A stretch of DNA of 64,000 bases, from the NCBI GenBank assembly GCA_951406725.2, contig OX597827.1, forward strand, positions 84,196,001-84,260,000. Direction: 5' to 3'. The stretch comes from Octopus vulgaris (Eukaryota). The notes below the pieces were generated by a model. The model was given only the letters and a program-made list of their open reading frames with translations, did no database searches and was not told the DNA's origin. The stretch's first letter is position 1; each line of letters opens with the position of its first letter. The position numbers and the translations under genes were made by a program. Below are positions 28,245 to 44,999 of this stretch, piece by piece.

Positions 28245-29627
28245 TTATTGCCAGTTGTAAAAGTCCACGGCTTCCTCTTTTCTTGGCAGATAAAGTCGTT
28301 CTGTATCTGCCTTAGGGTGGTGCATTCTATGCATTGTCAACAGTTTTCGTATTTTTCTGTCAAGATTACATATTTCAGTAATTGACCAGTTAACGATATT
28401 GAAACTGTAAGTCACGACTGGTATGGCTAATGCATTGATCGCTTCGATCCTGTTTCTCGCATTCAGCTCTGTCTTGAGTATTGCTCTTACTCTGCGATAG
28501 CATTCTCTCCTAATCCTTTCCTTCATCTCTGAATGCCTTATTCCTTCTCCTTCAATTACCCCTAGATACTTGTAGTTCTCTGCTGGGTCTAATTCTTTTA
28601 TGACATTCTGCTGGTCAAGGTTAACGTTAGATGTTTCTGTCATTTTTCCTTTGATAAAGGTAGCTTTTGCGCACTTATCGAGGCCAAATTGCATTCTGAT
28701 GTCATCACTGAATTGTTTGACAATCGCTAGTAAACCCTTGAGTTGTTGGTCATTTTTTGCAAAGAGCTTTAAATCATCCATGTAAATGAGATGATTTATA
28801 TTTTTATCAAACATTTTATATCCGTACTGCGCGTCATTGAGCAGTTTTGAGAGAGGTATTAAGGCTAAACAGAAGAGGAGTGGTGATAGTGAGTCACCCT
28901 GGAAAATGCCACATGAAATTTTTACATCACCAGCATTTAGAGATTCATTGTCACTGTTCAAAGTTAGTGTGGTTCTCCATGATCTCATACTTACAGACAA
29001 AAAGTTTCGCAGAGCAGGTGCTATCTTATACATTTCTAGGCATTTATTAATCCAGCTATGTGGTAGGCTATCAAAAGCCTTTTTATAGTCTATCCAGGCT
29101 ATTGATAAGTTTTTGTGTCGTTTGTGACAATCTTCTAAGATCATCTTATTGATGAGTAGTTGATCTTTACAACCATAGAATCCACGTTTACACCCTTTCT
29201 GTTCATTAGGGAATATGCTGCTATCTGTCAAAAAACTATAGGTATATTCCGTCAGGACAGATGTTAGTGTTTTATACATAGTTGTTAAGCAGGTTATGGG
29301 TCTATAGTTTTTGGGTTCATTTATTTCTTCACTTTTTGGAAGCAGGAATGTTAACCCATTAACTAGCCAAGGAGGCATCCTACTAGGGTGTTGCAAAACA
29401 TCATTGTAAAGTTCTGTTAGCAGTTCATGGCTCTCTGGGAAGGCATTCAACCAAAAGTTAGGGATTTTATCCTTTCCTGGAGACTTCCATTTGCTTGACC
29501 TCCTGAGAGCAGATCTTATATCTTCTACCTTGACACCCTCCCACTTTTGCTCTTCTAAGGAGTCCAGTTCTTTAGATATTCTATCAATCCAGGGGCCTTT
29601 TCGCTGTGTGTTTTTTCTTCTGCCCAA
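28245..29627 (-). pseudogene. Reverse transcriptase domain of the Dong/R4 element (frameshifted at both ends)
   Basis: 460-aa ORF with the RT motifs including YMDD. Confidence 0.9.
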
Positions 29628-30587
29628 ATTTTATTCCAAAATCCCTGCACTTCTTCTTTTGATGGTACAGACTTTACAGTAACTGTTGTTTTTCCTATCT
29701 TCCTGTAAAAATTTTTGGGGTTATTTTTGAACATGTTGTTGTCCCTGAAGAATCTAATACGCTTTTCATACCTCGCTATGCGGGTAGCTTTAGCAGATAC
29801 CTTTTGCTTGATGGTTTCTATGGTGGCATCAATATCAAGTATAGTTTTCATATTATATTTTTTCATTAATTTTGGGGTTTTTGTAAGTTTGGTAGTCTTG
29901 TCAACCTTAAGGTTTTTCAAATATTCAATGTCAGACCTAAGTAGTTTAATTTATTGTTGGATACGCTCTTGCCAAGAAGGCTTTTTGTGGGAATGTTGTC
30001 GTTTTCTAATCTTTTCACCACATAGGATCGTTGAGATTTTCGCGGATGCATAGTATAGGTGGTTGAGATCTGTGATATCAACATCATTAGCTGAAATTAT
30101 ATCCTTAAGTGCAAGCCGGATTTTACCAATTATTTTCATGTTTTGGTTAGATTTGCGGATTTTAGGGAGTGAATCACGTTCATCCATACTGGTTTCTTTA
30201 ATTTTCAGCCATTCAATCATGATTTGACGTTTTAGCTCATGTAGTTCTGTCGGGTCAATATTTGTGTGACTTTCTTCATCTATTTGATGTTCATCTGTCT
30301 TAGTGTTTATATTTGGTTCAGGGAGTATTTCACTTTGCCTATCACTTATACTAACTCTTTCAATCCTTACTTCGTTTTTATCAGCTCTGAGCTGGTCTAT
30401 AATTATTTCCTCTGTATTATCTTCTTTAGCTGCAGCTTCGTTCATTCTATCCGTTACTGCTTATCTAATTTGATCAATCTCTACTTCAGTCAGTAATTTT
30501 TTTTATAATGTTTCTTCTGACGTTGGCAAGTTTGTTACTGTCTATGTAGGGTCTTACTTCAGGGTGTTTCTGTCTCCAGTTTATGTA

Positions 30588-30650
<63 letters not shown>

Positions 30651-31207
30651 GAGTGAGAGAGTAAAATATGCTATCAAAGTGACACTGGGGTACAAATATA
30701 CGAAACCCAGTATACCCATCATGACTACCCGTCTGATAAGAGCACACCAGGCACATGCATCACAACCATAGGTGCACGACATGGTGATCTCATATCAAGA
30801 TAAACAGCGCATGACCTTGCAGGTGGGGGCCTAGCTGGAATTTTCTTCAGGTCGAGCAGCCCATCCCACTCAAAAGGTCCCTGATTAAGGTTTGTTTAAG
30901 GATGATAAACGAAACACCCATATTTGCAAAGATTAATTATTCAAATCCCAAAGGATTCCTCTCAATACATGGCTATGATGTTCCTCCACTAGTTCTGCTC
31001 GTGATCAGAGAGACACGTATCGTCAGCCACTAAGGGACATGTTCAACTGGTTAAGGTCAAACAACTGACAAGCAAATCTTTGGTATTGATCAGAATATTT
31101 GCTGTAACTCATCTTTTAGACCAAGACAAAACAATGTACGTGATAACACTTCCAATCAGTTAAGATCAAAAAGCATCAGAACCACTGCCTGGTACTGAAT
31201 CAGCGCA
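30651..31207. mobile_element. 555-bp non-coding interspersed element, copy 2
   Basis: Homology to 26400-26955; (ATT)n flanks. Confidence 0.85.
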
Positions 31208-31222
31208 GTGGTTGTTGTTGTA

Positions 31223-31280
<58 letters not shown>

Positions 31281-31283
31281 ATT

Positions 31284-33540
<2,257 letters not shown>

Positions 33541-33553
33541 GTTGTTGTTGTTG

Positions 33554-34980
33554 TATTTATTGCCTTTGCACAGCTTCTAATGCTGGATATGTACTGCGGT
33601 ACCAGCTGTTCACTACCAGCGAACTAAGGTAACGCCCCTTATTTTTCGAGCATCATCCGGAGTATTCGAGCAGTTCCAAGCAGTGCTGTTTTCTGCAAGT
33701 GCTTCACTCTTACTGCAGCCCCCATTTATTCCATGTACTTCTCAAAATTTTTACTCACTGTTCTCAGGGCTCCGATAATTATTGGTACTATTACCACCTT
33801 TTTCATCGACCACAATTCTTAACCTTCCAAGCTTACCTATCATAGCTATCAACTTTTCTTTCTTCTTTATCGCATACTCTGTTGTCAGCTGGGCATGCTA
33901 TTTCCATGATCCAGCATCATTTCCTATTCTCTATCTCATGGTCGTACTGAATCATAAAATCTCATAGGATCTTTGCAGTATCATTTTCGACGTTACCTTC
34001 GCGTTTATGTTCGTACCACGCTTTTGCTCTGTCAAGTTCATACTTGTTGCAAAGTGTCCAATGGAAATCGTGGCTATATTGTTATGACGTCTCTTATATT
34101 CTAGTAGTGTACCTTGCCTGGTAATATGCCATACGGTTTCACCGTTATGTCCACAGATTCTGCACTTATCACTTTCTGCTGTGTTGTCTATTCTGTATTT
34201 TATGTAGTTTGTTCTTAGTGCTTGCTCTTGGGCAGCACAGATTAGAGCTTCTGTTTCCGGTTTTAAATCACTTTTAGTTATCCACAGCCATCTTTTTTCT
34301 CTGTCTGTCTTATCTTCAATATCCCTATGAAATTGACCATGCATTCTTTTCTTTTCCCACCTATTTTCAGTTTCATTCGTTTTCAATTACTTGTACAATG
34401 CTTTATCTTTGCAATCTTTCATCCTGACCTTCTTACTTCTAATAATAGCGGCTCTGTGGCGTTTTTTTATATACCATGCTATGTTGTTTTCTTCTAACGC
34501 TGTGTTCGCATCCAATTAGTCCTCTTCCCCCTCTCTTTTCTTGGTACATAGAGTCTATCTGTGTCACTTTTTGGGTGGAGTGACCCATATCTAGTTAGTA
34601 ACTTCCTTGTCTTTCTGTCAAAGCTGTTTAGTTCGTCTACTGCCCATGCGATTACCCCTGATCCATATCTAAAGAGTGAAACCGCCCAGGGGTTGATAGC
34701 TTCGATCGTATTCCATCCGTTTAATTTCGACTGAAGGATCAGTCTCAGTCTGCGCAAGTACTCCACCTTAAATTTTTCTGTCATTTCTTTCTCCATCAAT
34801 TTATCCATTTCCCAAATTCCCAAGTACTTATAGCCCGTCTCTTCTATCTGCTTCATAACCTCTCCCGACGGTTTTGCCGGTCCGTCCATACATTTGATTT
34901 TGCCTCTCTTCAAGACTAACACACCACACTTTCTCAGTCCGAAATCCATTCTGATATCAGCATTGAAAGTATACACCGTA
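33554..34980 (-). mobile_element. Dong/R4 element, third family, more decayed
   Basis: MDFGLRKC, YKYLG, ICAAQEQALRTN, CRIC, RRHN. Confidence 0.9.
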
Positions 34981-35035
34981 TATTCTTCTTCTTCTTCTTC
35001 TTCTTCTTCTTCTTCTTCTTCTTCTTCTTCTTCTT

Positions 35036-35124
<89 letters not shown>

Positions 35125-35714
35125 CATTTATTCAGATGACGACGATGATGATGATAATACTTATCCATCTATGGTCATTATTTTTTTCTCCTACAACCAT
35201 CTGCACCTCCACCAGCATCACCACCACCATAAAAGCATTGCTCTCTGCCTCTCTCACACACACAGATGCAGTAGGCGCTGGCTTGTTGAGCAGCAGATTG
35301 AATCAAGTGCACAATAGCTGCACACATTGTCTCATAAATGTCACATGGTGTCGTGATGTTCATGCTTTAGCAACAAACAATAACAGGATGATGATGATGA
35401 GGAGGAGGAGGAGGAGAGGGAGGAGCACAACGACAGGAAGAAGAAGAAGAAGAAGAAGAAGAAGAAGAAGAAGAAGAAGAAGAAGGAAAAGAAGTATGAT
35501 GAAAGATCGAAACTCTCCACCTCACCCTCACCCCCAACTCTACCCCAATGCAGCAGAAATTAATTTTTCCTTCACCAATAACTGAATGAAATGAAGAATT
35601 GAAATGTGAAAGGTGAACATTCCTAAAACAGTCACGTGACATAACGGAAGAGAGAAACAAATTTCTGTCGTTGCGACTGAACAGAAGGTGTGTATGTGTG
35701 AGAGAGAGAGTGAG

Positions 35715-35760
<46 letters not shown>

Positions 35761-35812
35761 TGCGCGATGGCAGAGATGTGAATGTGTGTCTGTGAAAGAA
35801 TGTCCACAATTC

Positions 35813-35845
<33 letters not shown>

Positions 35846-36397
35846 GTTCATGTATATATATATATATATACACACACGTGTGCGTCTGTGCTTAAATATG
35901 TGTGTGTATATGTATGGTATAATTGTATATGTGTGTGCATATGTGTGAGTATGCATACGTGTGTGTATATACATACATATGTGTGTGTGTGCGTGTTTAT
36001 GTGTATGTTCGTCGCGAGAGAGAGGGAGAGATATATTTCCATGTGTGCATGTGTGTGTGATGGTGAGATCGACGCGCAATGGATGTGTGTAGAGGAATAT
36101 GCGTCTGCCGTTGTTTTGTGCGCGTGCATGCGCTTGAAATGTGTGTGAGTGTATAAGGTAAGCGAGTTTAATATGGTTCCCTGTACACTGTTTTCACTAA
36201 TTCTTTTACGGCCTGTGTAATCACAAGGATACATAGATCCTCAGTCAACCATCTCCACTCTCCAGCCCTTAAATCAGCGGAACATACAAGATGTGACAGC
36301 TGGAAGGAGAGAAGACCGGACCAGCACCCGGCTGGTACTTATTTCAGTTGGCTAGACCCAGGGGATAGAGGAGTGTTCGTTTTGTGTGTTCGCGCAC

Positions 36398-36446
<49 letters not shown>

Positions 36447-38062
36447 GCGCACATACACACATACTCACACACACTTATATGTATACCTATACATATTTTT
36501 TAGCTATAGGTTCCCTTACCTGTACATGGGTAATGTTGCGACGGACTGGCCTTGCGGTTAGTGGGAATGTTGTTCTCCTCACTTAGCCAGCGGCAGTAGC
36601 ACCATCCGAAAGATAAAAATAATGCAAAGTGCGTTGTGACCAGCGATGTAGAATAACATCCGACAGTTTGATATGTCACCTGATATCTATACGTATGTAG
36701 GTGTATGTGTGTGTATGATGATGCGATGTACAGGTGGGCTCAAAAGAAGCGCTCATAAGTCCAAGCCATATTGTAATAACCAACCAACTCAATGAATTCA
36801 CTGCGTTTTCTGATCAGACAACAATTCCCGCTTGAGAAGTTGACGGTGTCTTGGGAAGGCAAGATGCAGGGGACACATGAAAGCTCTGCCTGACTACAAC
36901 TGGTCTTAGGAAGACTAGCAAGGTCTTTCTAAGTTTTGAACTGAAGGGAGGAAATCTAAAGTACTTCGTCATGGATATGGAAGGTTTAAGGTAGACGGAC
37001 ACGAAAACTGAGAGGAAAGAATAAACCGTCGGAAAGTGTTAAATCAAGATGGTTGATGTGTGGTCGGAATGGTTTCAGTGGTCCCCTTGCTGGTGGGGTG
37101 ACGGTATGGATGACAAGGGAGGAAGTTAACTTCAGGGTGAGCCGAAACAACGCGGATATTCCTTGGTACTTCAATATTACCTGGTACCACTGAAAGGAAT
37201 GATACTGTCGCAAGGTATCGAAATCACCGTGACTCTTCGGCAGCAAATAATGAAGGGTATGTCCCATAGTGTAAGGTGTATATAACATGTGTAAATATAC
37301 GAACAGGTGTGTATTGTACTATGTAGATGAATATGTTTATGTAGAATGTGTGTTTATGTAAACTTGAGTTAGTAACGTATCTGATATTATATATATGTGT
37401 ACATATGTGTGTATGTGCGTGTGTATGAGTATGTGTATGTATGTGTGTGTGCGAGAGAGAGAGTTTATGTGTGTATGTTATAAAGTAGTGGTGGTAATAA
37501 AGAGTAAATCATGGTTGGTCGTCACGTGGCCGGTAGAAATGCGCGCACATACAGGAACACACAAATTCGTGCACAGGTACACATACACAGCTACACACAC
37601 ACGCATACACACATACGCATGCGCGCGTGTGTTGTCCTGTCAAAATCTGAGCAAAAAACTTTCTTCATTAAAATTAATTTTCAATATTAATAAATGTTGT
37701 CGCCATTTTGGGATGACTTTGCACTTCTCTCTCCTTTATCACATTGTCAACCCTTGTTGTTGCTGTTGTTGTTGTGGGGTGGTGAACGAAGTGGTTTTAC
37801 TGGTAATTGTGGCATTGGTAGTTGTAGAAGTGGTGATGGTGTTGTAGTAGAGACAGTGTTGGTAGAAGGTTGGCAGAAAGGGTGGTGCTGCAATGGTGGT
37901 AGTGGTAGTGGTGATAATATTAATGTTGTTGCTCTCGTAGAGGTAGTAGTAGTAGTAGCAGTGTTGGCATTGTAAGTGCTGACGGTGGTATTGCTGTTGC
38001 TGTTGTAGTGAATGTAGTCGTGCAAATACTGTATTATGTGGGGGCGCCAGTTTCGGCCTCTG

Positions 38063-38122
<60 letters not shown>

Positions 38123-38519
38123 CTCTTTTAATTGTTTCAGTCATTTGACTGCGGCCATGCTAGAGCACCGCCTTTAGTCGCGCAAATCGACCCCGGGACT
38201 TATTCTTTGTAAGCCCAGTACTTATTCTATCGGTCTCTTTTGCCGAACCGCTAGGTGACGGGGACGTAAACACACCAGCATCGGTTGTCAAGCAATGTTA
38301 GGGGGACAAACACACAAACATATACACTCACATACATATATATATATACATATATACGACAGGCTTCTTTCAGTTTCCGTCTATCAAATCCACTCACAAG
38401 GCATTGGTCGGCCCGAGGCTATAGCAGAAGACACATGCTCAAGATGCAACGCAGTGGGACTGAACCCGAAACCATGTGGTTGGTAAGCAAGCTAATTACC
38501 ACACAGCCATTCCTGTGCC
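38123..38519 (-). mobile_element. SINE family A, full length
   Basis: Reverse complement of the 10482 copy. Confidence 0.9.
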
Positions 38520-38532
38520 TATATATGTATAA

Positions 38533-38592
<60 letters not shown>

Positions 38593-38865
38593 GTGTATAT
38601 ATATATATACATATATGTATATATACATATACATATATATATGAATATATATGTACGCATATATATATGTGTATATATGTATGTATATATATATATGCAT
38701 ACATATATGTTCGTATATATATATGCATATATATATGTATATATATGTATATATATATATGTATATATATGTATATATATATGTATATATATATGTATGT
38801 ATATGTATATATATATGTATATATATGTATATATAAATGTTTATATAAATGTATATATATATATG

Positions 38866-38907
<42 letters not shown>

Positions 38908-38913
38908 TACATA

Positions 38914-39295
38914 GGCGTAGGAGTGGCTGTGTGGTAAGTAGCTTGCTTCTCAACCTCATGGTTCTAGTTGAGTCCCTCTGCGTGGCACTTTGGGCAAGTG
39001 TCTTCTAGTATAGCCTTGCGCCGACCAAAGCCTTGTGAGTAGATTTGGTTGACGGAAACTGAAAGAAGCCCGTCGTATATATATATATATATGTTTATCT
39101 TTGTGTCTGTGTTTGTCCCCCCACCATCCCTTGACAACCGATGTTGGTGCGTTTACGTCCCCGTAACCTAACGGTTCGGCAAAGAGTCCGATGGAGTAAG
39201 TACTAAGCTTACAAAGAATAAGTCCTTGCGTCGATTTGTTCGACCAAAAGCGGTGCTCCAGCATGGCTGCAGTCAAATGACTGAAACAAATAAAA
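38914..39295 (+). mobile_element. SINE family A, full length
   Basis: GGCGTAGGAGTGGCTGTGTGG head through the tail. Confidence 0.9.
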
Positions 39296-39911
39296 TATTA
39301 TATACATATATATATATTACATACACATATACGTTTGACAATATGCATACACACACATATGTATATATATGTGTGTGTGTTTGTGTATGTACTCACGCCA
39401 GCTTGGCTGTATGGTTAAGAAAGTTTCGGCACAAAGAAATCACTCATGAAAAGCCAGATGTGAGCCAACTGCTGTCAAAAGAAACTCAAAATATCGACAA
39501 TGATGAACGTTTAATCCAGAAGAATATTTGGGAGGATTTGAGAGAAAAGAGAAACGGTACATGGAAACTCTGGACATTAGAATCGCGAGGTTGTGCTTTC
39601 AATTCGTTGACCGTGGGCTGCGTTGTGTTCTTGAGGCAAACAATTCATCTCACGTTACTCTGCAATCGCTTTGACACCTGATGCATGGTACACGGTGCAC
39701 ATGTTCAGAAAACGTCGATTTAATGGAAAGAGTGAGCTAATGTGTGGCACGGACGCACGACCACAATGAGAATATATCATTTGTGCAGGTGGTTCAGCAA
39801 AAGGTGAACGATCATACGTCGTCTTCGACGGTAGAGTCCATTGTATATATGCATGTACACACACAACCACACACACACACACACACATGAATATACATAC
39901 CTATAAGTATA

Positions 39912-40041
39912 GGCGCAGGAGTGGCTGTGTGGTAAGTAGCTTGCTTACCAGCCACATGGTTCCAGGTTCAGTCCCACTGCGTGTCTTCTATTATAGCCTC
40001 GGGCCAACCAATGCCTTGTGAGAACTGAAAGAAGCCCGTCG

Positions 40042-40096
<55 letters not shown>

Positions 40097-40303
40097 TGTG
40101 TGTGTGTGTGTGTTTTTGTGACTGTGTTTGTACCCCCACCATCGCTTGACAACCGATGTTGGTGTGTTTACGTCCCCGTAAATTAGCGGTTCGGCAAAAA
40201 AGACCGATAAAATAACTACTGGGCTTACAAAGAAGATGATTTGTTCGACTCTAGGCGGTGCTCCAGCATGACCGCAGTCAAATGACTGAAACAAATAAAA
40301 GAG
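39912..40303 (+). mobile_element. SINE family A with internal deletions
   Basis: GGCGCAGGAGTGGCTGTGTGG head through the tail. Confidence 0.9.
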
Positions 40304-40367
40304 AGAAAGAGAATATGTATACATGCATACACAGACACAGATACACACAATTACACACATGTATTTA

Positions 40368-41987
40368 CAGTGGCGAAAATAAATTTAAGACCGATGATAA
40401 AAGTTCTATTTCTTACAAAATATTTTGTTACTAACACCATACAAATTATTTTTATCTTTTACATCTTATGCAGAATTTATTTCTCTTTCGAATGATGCAG
40501 ACAATTACTATTTTTATACAACTTGAAGAATTCTAATGCTAAATTAATATAAGCGTTTCAAATTTACCAGCAAAATTAGTTTAAGACGGTATCATTATAA
40601 TTTTATTTAAAGCTTCAGATTGTAGCAAAAATGAGCAACTAGAACGAAATACATATTCGTACATTGTGCCGTAGTCTTTATTCTTAATAACGGCAGAACA
40701 ACGCCTCGGCATTGAATTCGCTAAGTGATTACAAAATTCTATGGGAATGTTTTGCCACATTTCATTGATATAATCGAATAATTGTTTTAGATTACATGGT
40801 TTTTTAGCATGGACTTTTTTTGGAATCATAATTCCACAAGTTCTCGATCAGATTCAAGTCCAGGCTCTGGGGAGGCCATTCGATTACGTCAATATTATGG
40901 TGATCAAATAATTCCATAACCATTTTGGCTTTGTGCACCAGACTATTGTCCTGCTGATAAATAGCCCCCGGAGGCATTTGGTGAGTCAAATATGGCACAA
41001 GATTATCCTTTAGTAGATTCATATAACCTACACTATTTAGCTTTCCATCAACTTTAACTAGAGGGCCAACACCAAAGCTACTAAATGCCACCCACACCAT
41101 CACACCCCTACCACCCGCTTCCGTCGTCTTTTTCATGCATTTCGGATGGAATTCCTCGGTTGGGCAACGTCTGATCCAAATATACAGAAGCATGACTCCT
41201 CACTCCAAAGGACCCTGCACCAATCTTTGGCAGTCCATTGAGCATGGCTTTTTGCGAAATTAAGGCGTTTGAGTCGATTTCTTTCGGATATTATTGGCTT
41301 TTTCCTAGTGGTTCGTCCATATAGTCCAAATTCTCTCAAACGGTTGCGGACGGTTTGTGGTGTAAAAATAACACCATTCTCGTTGGACAATTGTTTACAA
41401 ATGTCAACGGCGGTCAACATTAGGTTGCCTTCCGAAAGTCGGTGGATTTGACGGTCCACCTGCGCCGTCGTTTGTTTTGGGGCGTCAGTCCTTTGCCGAT
41501 CTTTATATTGACCAATCTCCAAGTATAACTTCCACGGTTGCACGCAAGACTTTTTCCTGCACTTTAGTAACTTGCTGATGTTCGAAAAAGGAAACTTTTT
41601 GCTGGTGGAGTAATACGATTTTTGTTCTCGTGACTGGACTGAGGCTACGTTGTTTTCCCATTATTAATCAATTGTATAATAACGTTAAATTATGACACTA
41701 TATAGTGCAGTTAGGCTAGTTGTGTGACCACCTATTTTGGCAAAAAAATTTGCATACATATTACATGATCTTAAACTAATTTTGCCGGTAAATTTGAAAC
41801 GTTTATATTAATTTAGCATTAGAATTCATCAAGTTGTATAAAAATAGTTATTGTCTGCATCATTCGAAAGAGAAATAAATTCTGCATAAGGTGTAAAAGA
41901 TAAAAATAATTTGTATGGTGTTAGTAACAAAATATTTTGTAAGAAATAGAACTTTTATCTTCGGTCTTAAATTTATTTTCGCCAGTG
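40368..41987 (-). mobile_element. Full-length Tc1 (DD34E) transposon with ~220-bp IR/DR-type TIRs, transposase decayed
   Basis: TA|CAGTGGCGAAAATAAATTTAAGACCG ... CGGTCTTAAATTTATTTTCGCCAGTG|TA; inner repeat AAAATTAGTTTAAGA; QQDNS...WPPQSLDLNLIE with 34-residue spacing. Confidence 0.93.
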
Positions 41988-42109
41988 TATATATCTATTT
42001 CTGTTTGGTTGAGTTATTCTATAATAAAAGCACACACTGGATGTTTATCCTGTTAAGAAGCAGTGCCTATGTTTTTATTAGTAAGATGACTCTACCAAAG
42101 TACAGCCAA

Positions 42110-42140
<31 letters not shown>

Positions 42141-42490
42141 CAAGAAGGCCGCAGAGGCATCAATTTATGAAGATACAGGGTGGATGTCACGTGACACAAC
42201 AGTTTAATCTTGCATTGTTTGTACGAGTTTAGACTTGTGAATGTCATAATATCTATCTCATATAGGTTCCAGCCTGGCCTAACTCTCTTGAGGACTGGTG
42301 AAGCTTTAGAAGTGGAGGGGAGGGCAGCTTTTGAAGATGAGGGAAATGATGATGATGATGACGGTGATGGTGATGACAGGAGGAAGAAAAATAAAGGAAA
42401 TGAGATGAGAAAGAAAGAAAGCAAGAAATAGTTGTTGTTGTTGTTGTTGTTGTTGGGGCGGATTTTGAATAGGTTCATTATATAATGGCG

Positions 42491-42527
<37 letters not shown>

Positions 42528-42836
42528 CACACATGTAAATACATAACCATACATACATGAATATATGTATATATGCGTGTGTATGTATGTATGCATGTGT
42601 GTATTTGTGTATGTGTGTGTATGTATGTTTGTGTGTGTGTGTGTGAGCGCGTGGATAAAGCTAAACTTACAAATTGGTGCAAAAAATAAGGAGCAGCGAT
42701 AACAAGAGTAACAACAACAACAACAATATGTGAAAAAAAGGTAGAAAGTGTGAAGTAGATGCCAGGTATGATGGGGTGGCGCGCGGTTGGTGGGTGTGTG
42801 TGTGGTGGTGGTGGTGGTGGTGGTGATGGTGGTGGT

Positions 42837-42873
<37 letters not shown>

Positions 42874-43166
42874 TTAACATTGCTGAAATAATGGAGTTAT
42901 TAGTGAAGTTCCGTTGTGATAGATACACTGGGGAATTGGTTACTCATTCATCACTGGCGAAACACACACACACACACGAATAAAAATAAGGGACTATATG
43001 TTTGTGGGTATGTATGCGCGCGTGTGTGTATGTGTGTGTGTGTTTGTATATATATAATATATATCTACACATTTATATATTTGTATCTGCTCATCCATCT
43101 ATCTATTTATCTTTTTATCTGTCTTTCTGTCTGTCCCACTATATGTCTTTTTGTTTCCCTCTGTCT

Positions 43167-43249
<83 letters not shown>

Positions 43250-43769
43250 CATCACAGAAAGAAAAAGTGAGAAGGAGAGAGGGAGAGAGAAGGGATACAT
43301 ATATGACGGGTAGGTAGGTAGGTACATGTTGTCGGGTGTTGGAAGGGTGGAAGGCATCTGTGCATTTTAGGGATGCGGGTGAGTGTTAGGTAAATATGGG
43401 TAGCAGGTTCGGGTGGAGATGAAAGTTATGTGAAGATGAAACTGCTAAATGCCAGCCTTGCATAGCATCACACACGCATACACACACCCACAAAACACAC
43501 ACACACACACGTACGGACACACTCATATACACACACACATTTCCGTCTGCACACATATATGCATGTGTGTGTCGGTCGGTAATCACATCTAAATGCACTT
43601 GCACATACTTAAAGGGTATGTCATTAACACACACACATACACACATACGCACACACACACACACATACGCACGCACGTACACGAACACGCACGCATACAC
43701 CCGCGCTGGCGCGTTACGCCCATATATTCGTCTATGCGTCCTACCAAACGTCCATACATACACGTACAT

Positions 43770-43897
43770 CTGTCTATCTATCTATCTGTCTATCTATCTA
43801 TCTATCTGTCTGTCTGTCTGTCTGTCTGTATATATGTATGTATGTCTGTCTGTCTATCTATTTATATGTATGTCTGTCTGTCTGCCTGCCTGTCTGT

Positions 43898-43934
<37 letters not shown>

Positions 43935-44082
43935 TGTCTGCCTGTTTGTCTGTCTGCCTGCCTGCCTGTTTGTCTGTCTGCCTGCCTGCCTGTCTGTCTG
44001 TCTGTCTATCTGTCAGTCTGTCTGTCTGTCTGTCTGCCTGTCTGCCTGCCTGTCTGCCTGCCTGCCTGCCTGCATGTCTTCA

Positions 44083-44113
<31 letters not shown>

Positions 44114-44126
44114 TTGTCTGTCTGTT

Positions 44127-44202
<76 letters not shown>

Positions 44203-44281
44203 TGTCTGCCTGCCTGCCTGCCTCTCTGTCTGCCTGCCTGCCTGTCTGCCTGCCTGCCTGTCTGCCTGCCTGTCTGTCTGT

Positions 44282-44316
<35 letters not shown>

Positions 44317-44662
44317 CATGTCTGCATGTCTGTCTGTCTGTTTGTCTGTCTGTTTGTCTGTCTGTCTGTCTGCCTGCCTGCCTGCCTGCCTGTCTGTCTG
44401 TCTGCCTGCCTGCCTGCCTGCCTGCCTGTCTGTCTGCCTGCCTGTCTGTCTGCCTGCCTGTCTGTCTGTCTGTCTGTGTATCTGTCTGTCTGTCTGTCTG
44501 TCTGCCTGCCTGCCTGCCTGTCTGCCTGCCTGCATGTCTGTCTGTCTGTTTGTCTGTCTGTTTGTCTGTCTGTTTGTCTGTCTGTCTGTCTGCCTGCATG
44601 TCTGCCTGTCTGTCTGTCTGTCTGTCTGTCTGTCTGCCTGCTTGTCTGCCTGTCTGTCTGTT

Positions 44663-44720
<58 letters not shown>
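43770..44720. repeat. Long mosaic (TCTG/CCTG/TTTG/TCTA)n tetranucleotide tract
   Basis: Direct reading; accounts for the 300-400 aa CLSV/CLPA ORFs. Confidence 0.95.
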
Positions 44721-44721
<1 letters not shown>

Positions 44722-44919
44722 TCAACTCTCTGTTTGTCTGGCTGTCTCAATCTTTGTCATTAAGGTGCTATAATGTTGTGGGTGTTAATGTACGAAACCA
44801 TTAGCTGGGAAGTTTGCCGGTGGGTATCTAGAAAATATTTCCTTTCGGCTCTCTCTCTCCCCTTCTTTTTTTTTTTTCTCTCTCTCTCTCCTCCCTCCCT
44901 CTCTCTCTCTCTCTCTCCT

Positions 44920-44957
<38 letters not shown>

Positions 44958-44999
44958 AGCAAGTCAAGTTTCACTGCCGCTACAGCAACAACAACAACA

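Larger units (their letters stand above)
27018..30588 (-). mobile_element. Dong/R4-clade non-LTR retrotransposon (RT plus restriction-like endonuclease), 5'-truncated, in (TAA)n
   Basis: NYRPITCL, WIDYKKAFDS, GIFQGDSLSP, YMDDLKL; CRVC..ETIDHVVSKC, RHD, RPDIILKD, KLSKY; (TAA)n on both sides. Confidence 0.95.

Noticed and set aside
36790-37290. Possible old LINE fragment or exon
   Set aside because: No motif could be identified with confidence in any frame
39420-39570. Coding-looking stretch KFRHKEITHEKPDV...
   Set aside because: Short, embedded among SINE fragments, no convincing splice sites or recognisable domain
43567-44804. 300-400 aa Cys-rich ORFs
   Set aside because: Translations of a tetranucleotide tract that lacks stop codons
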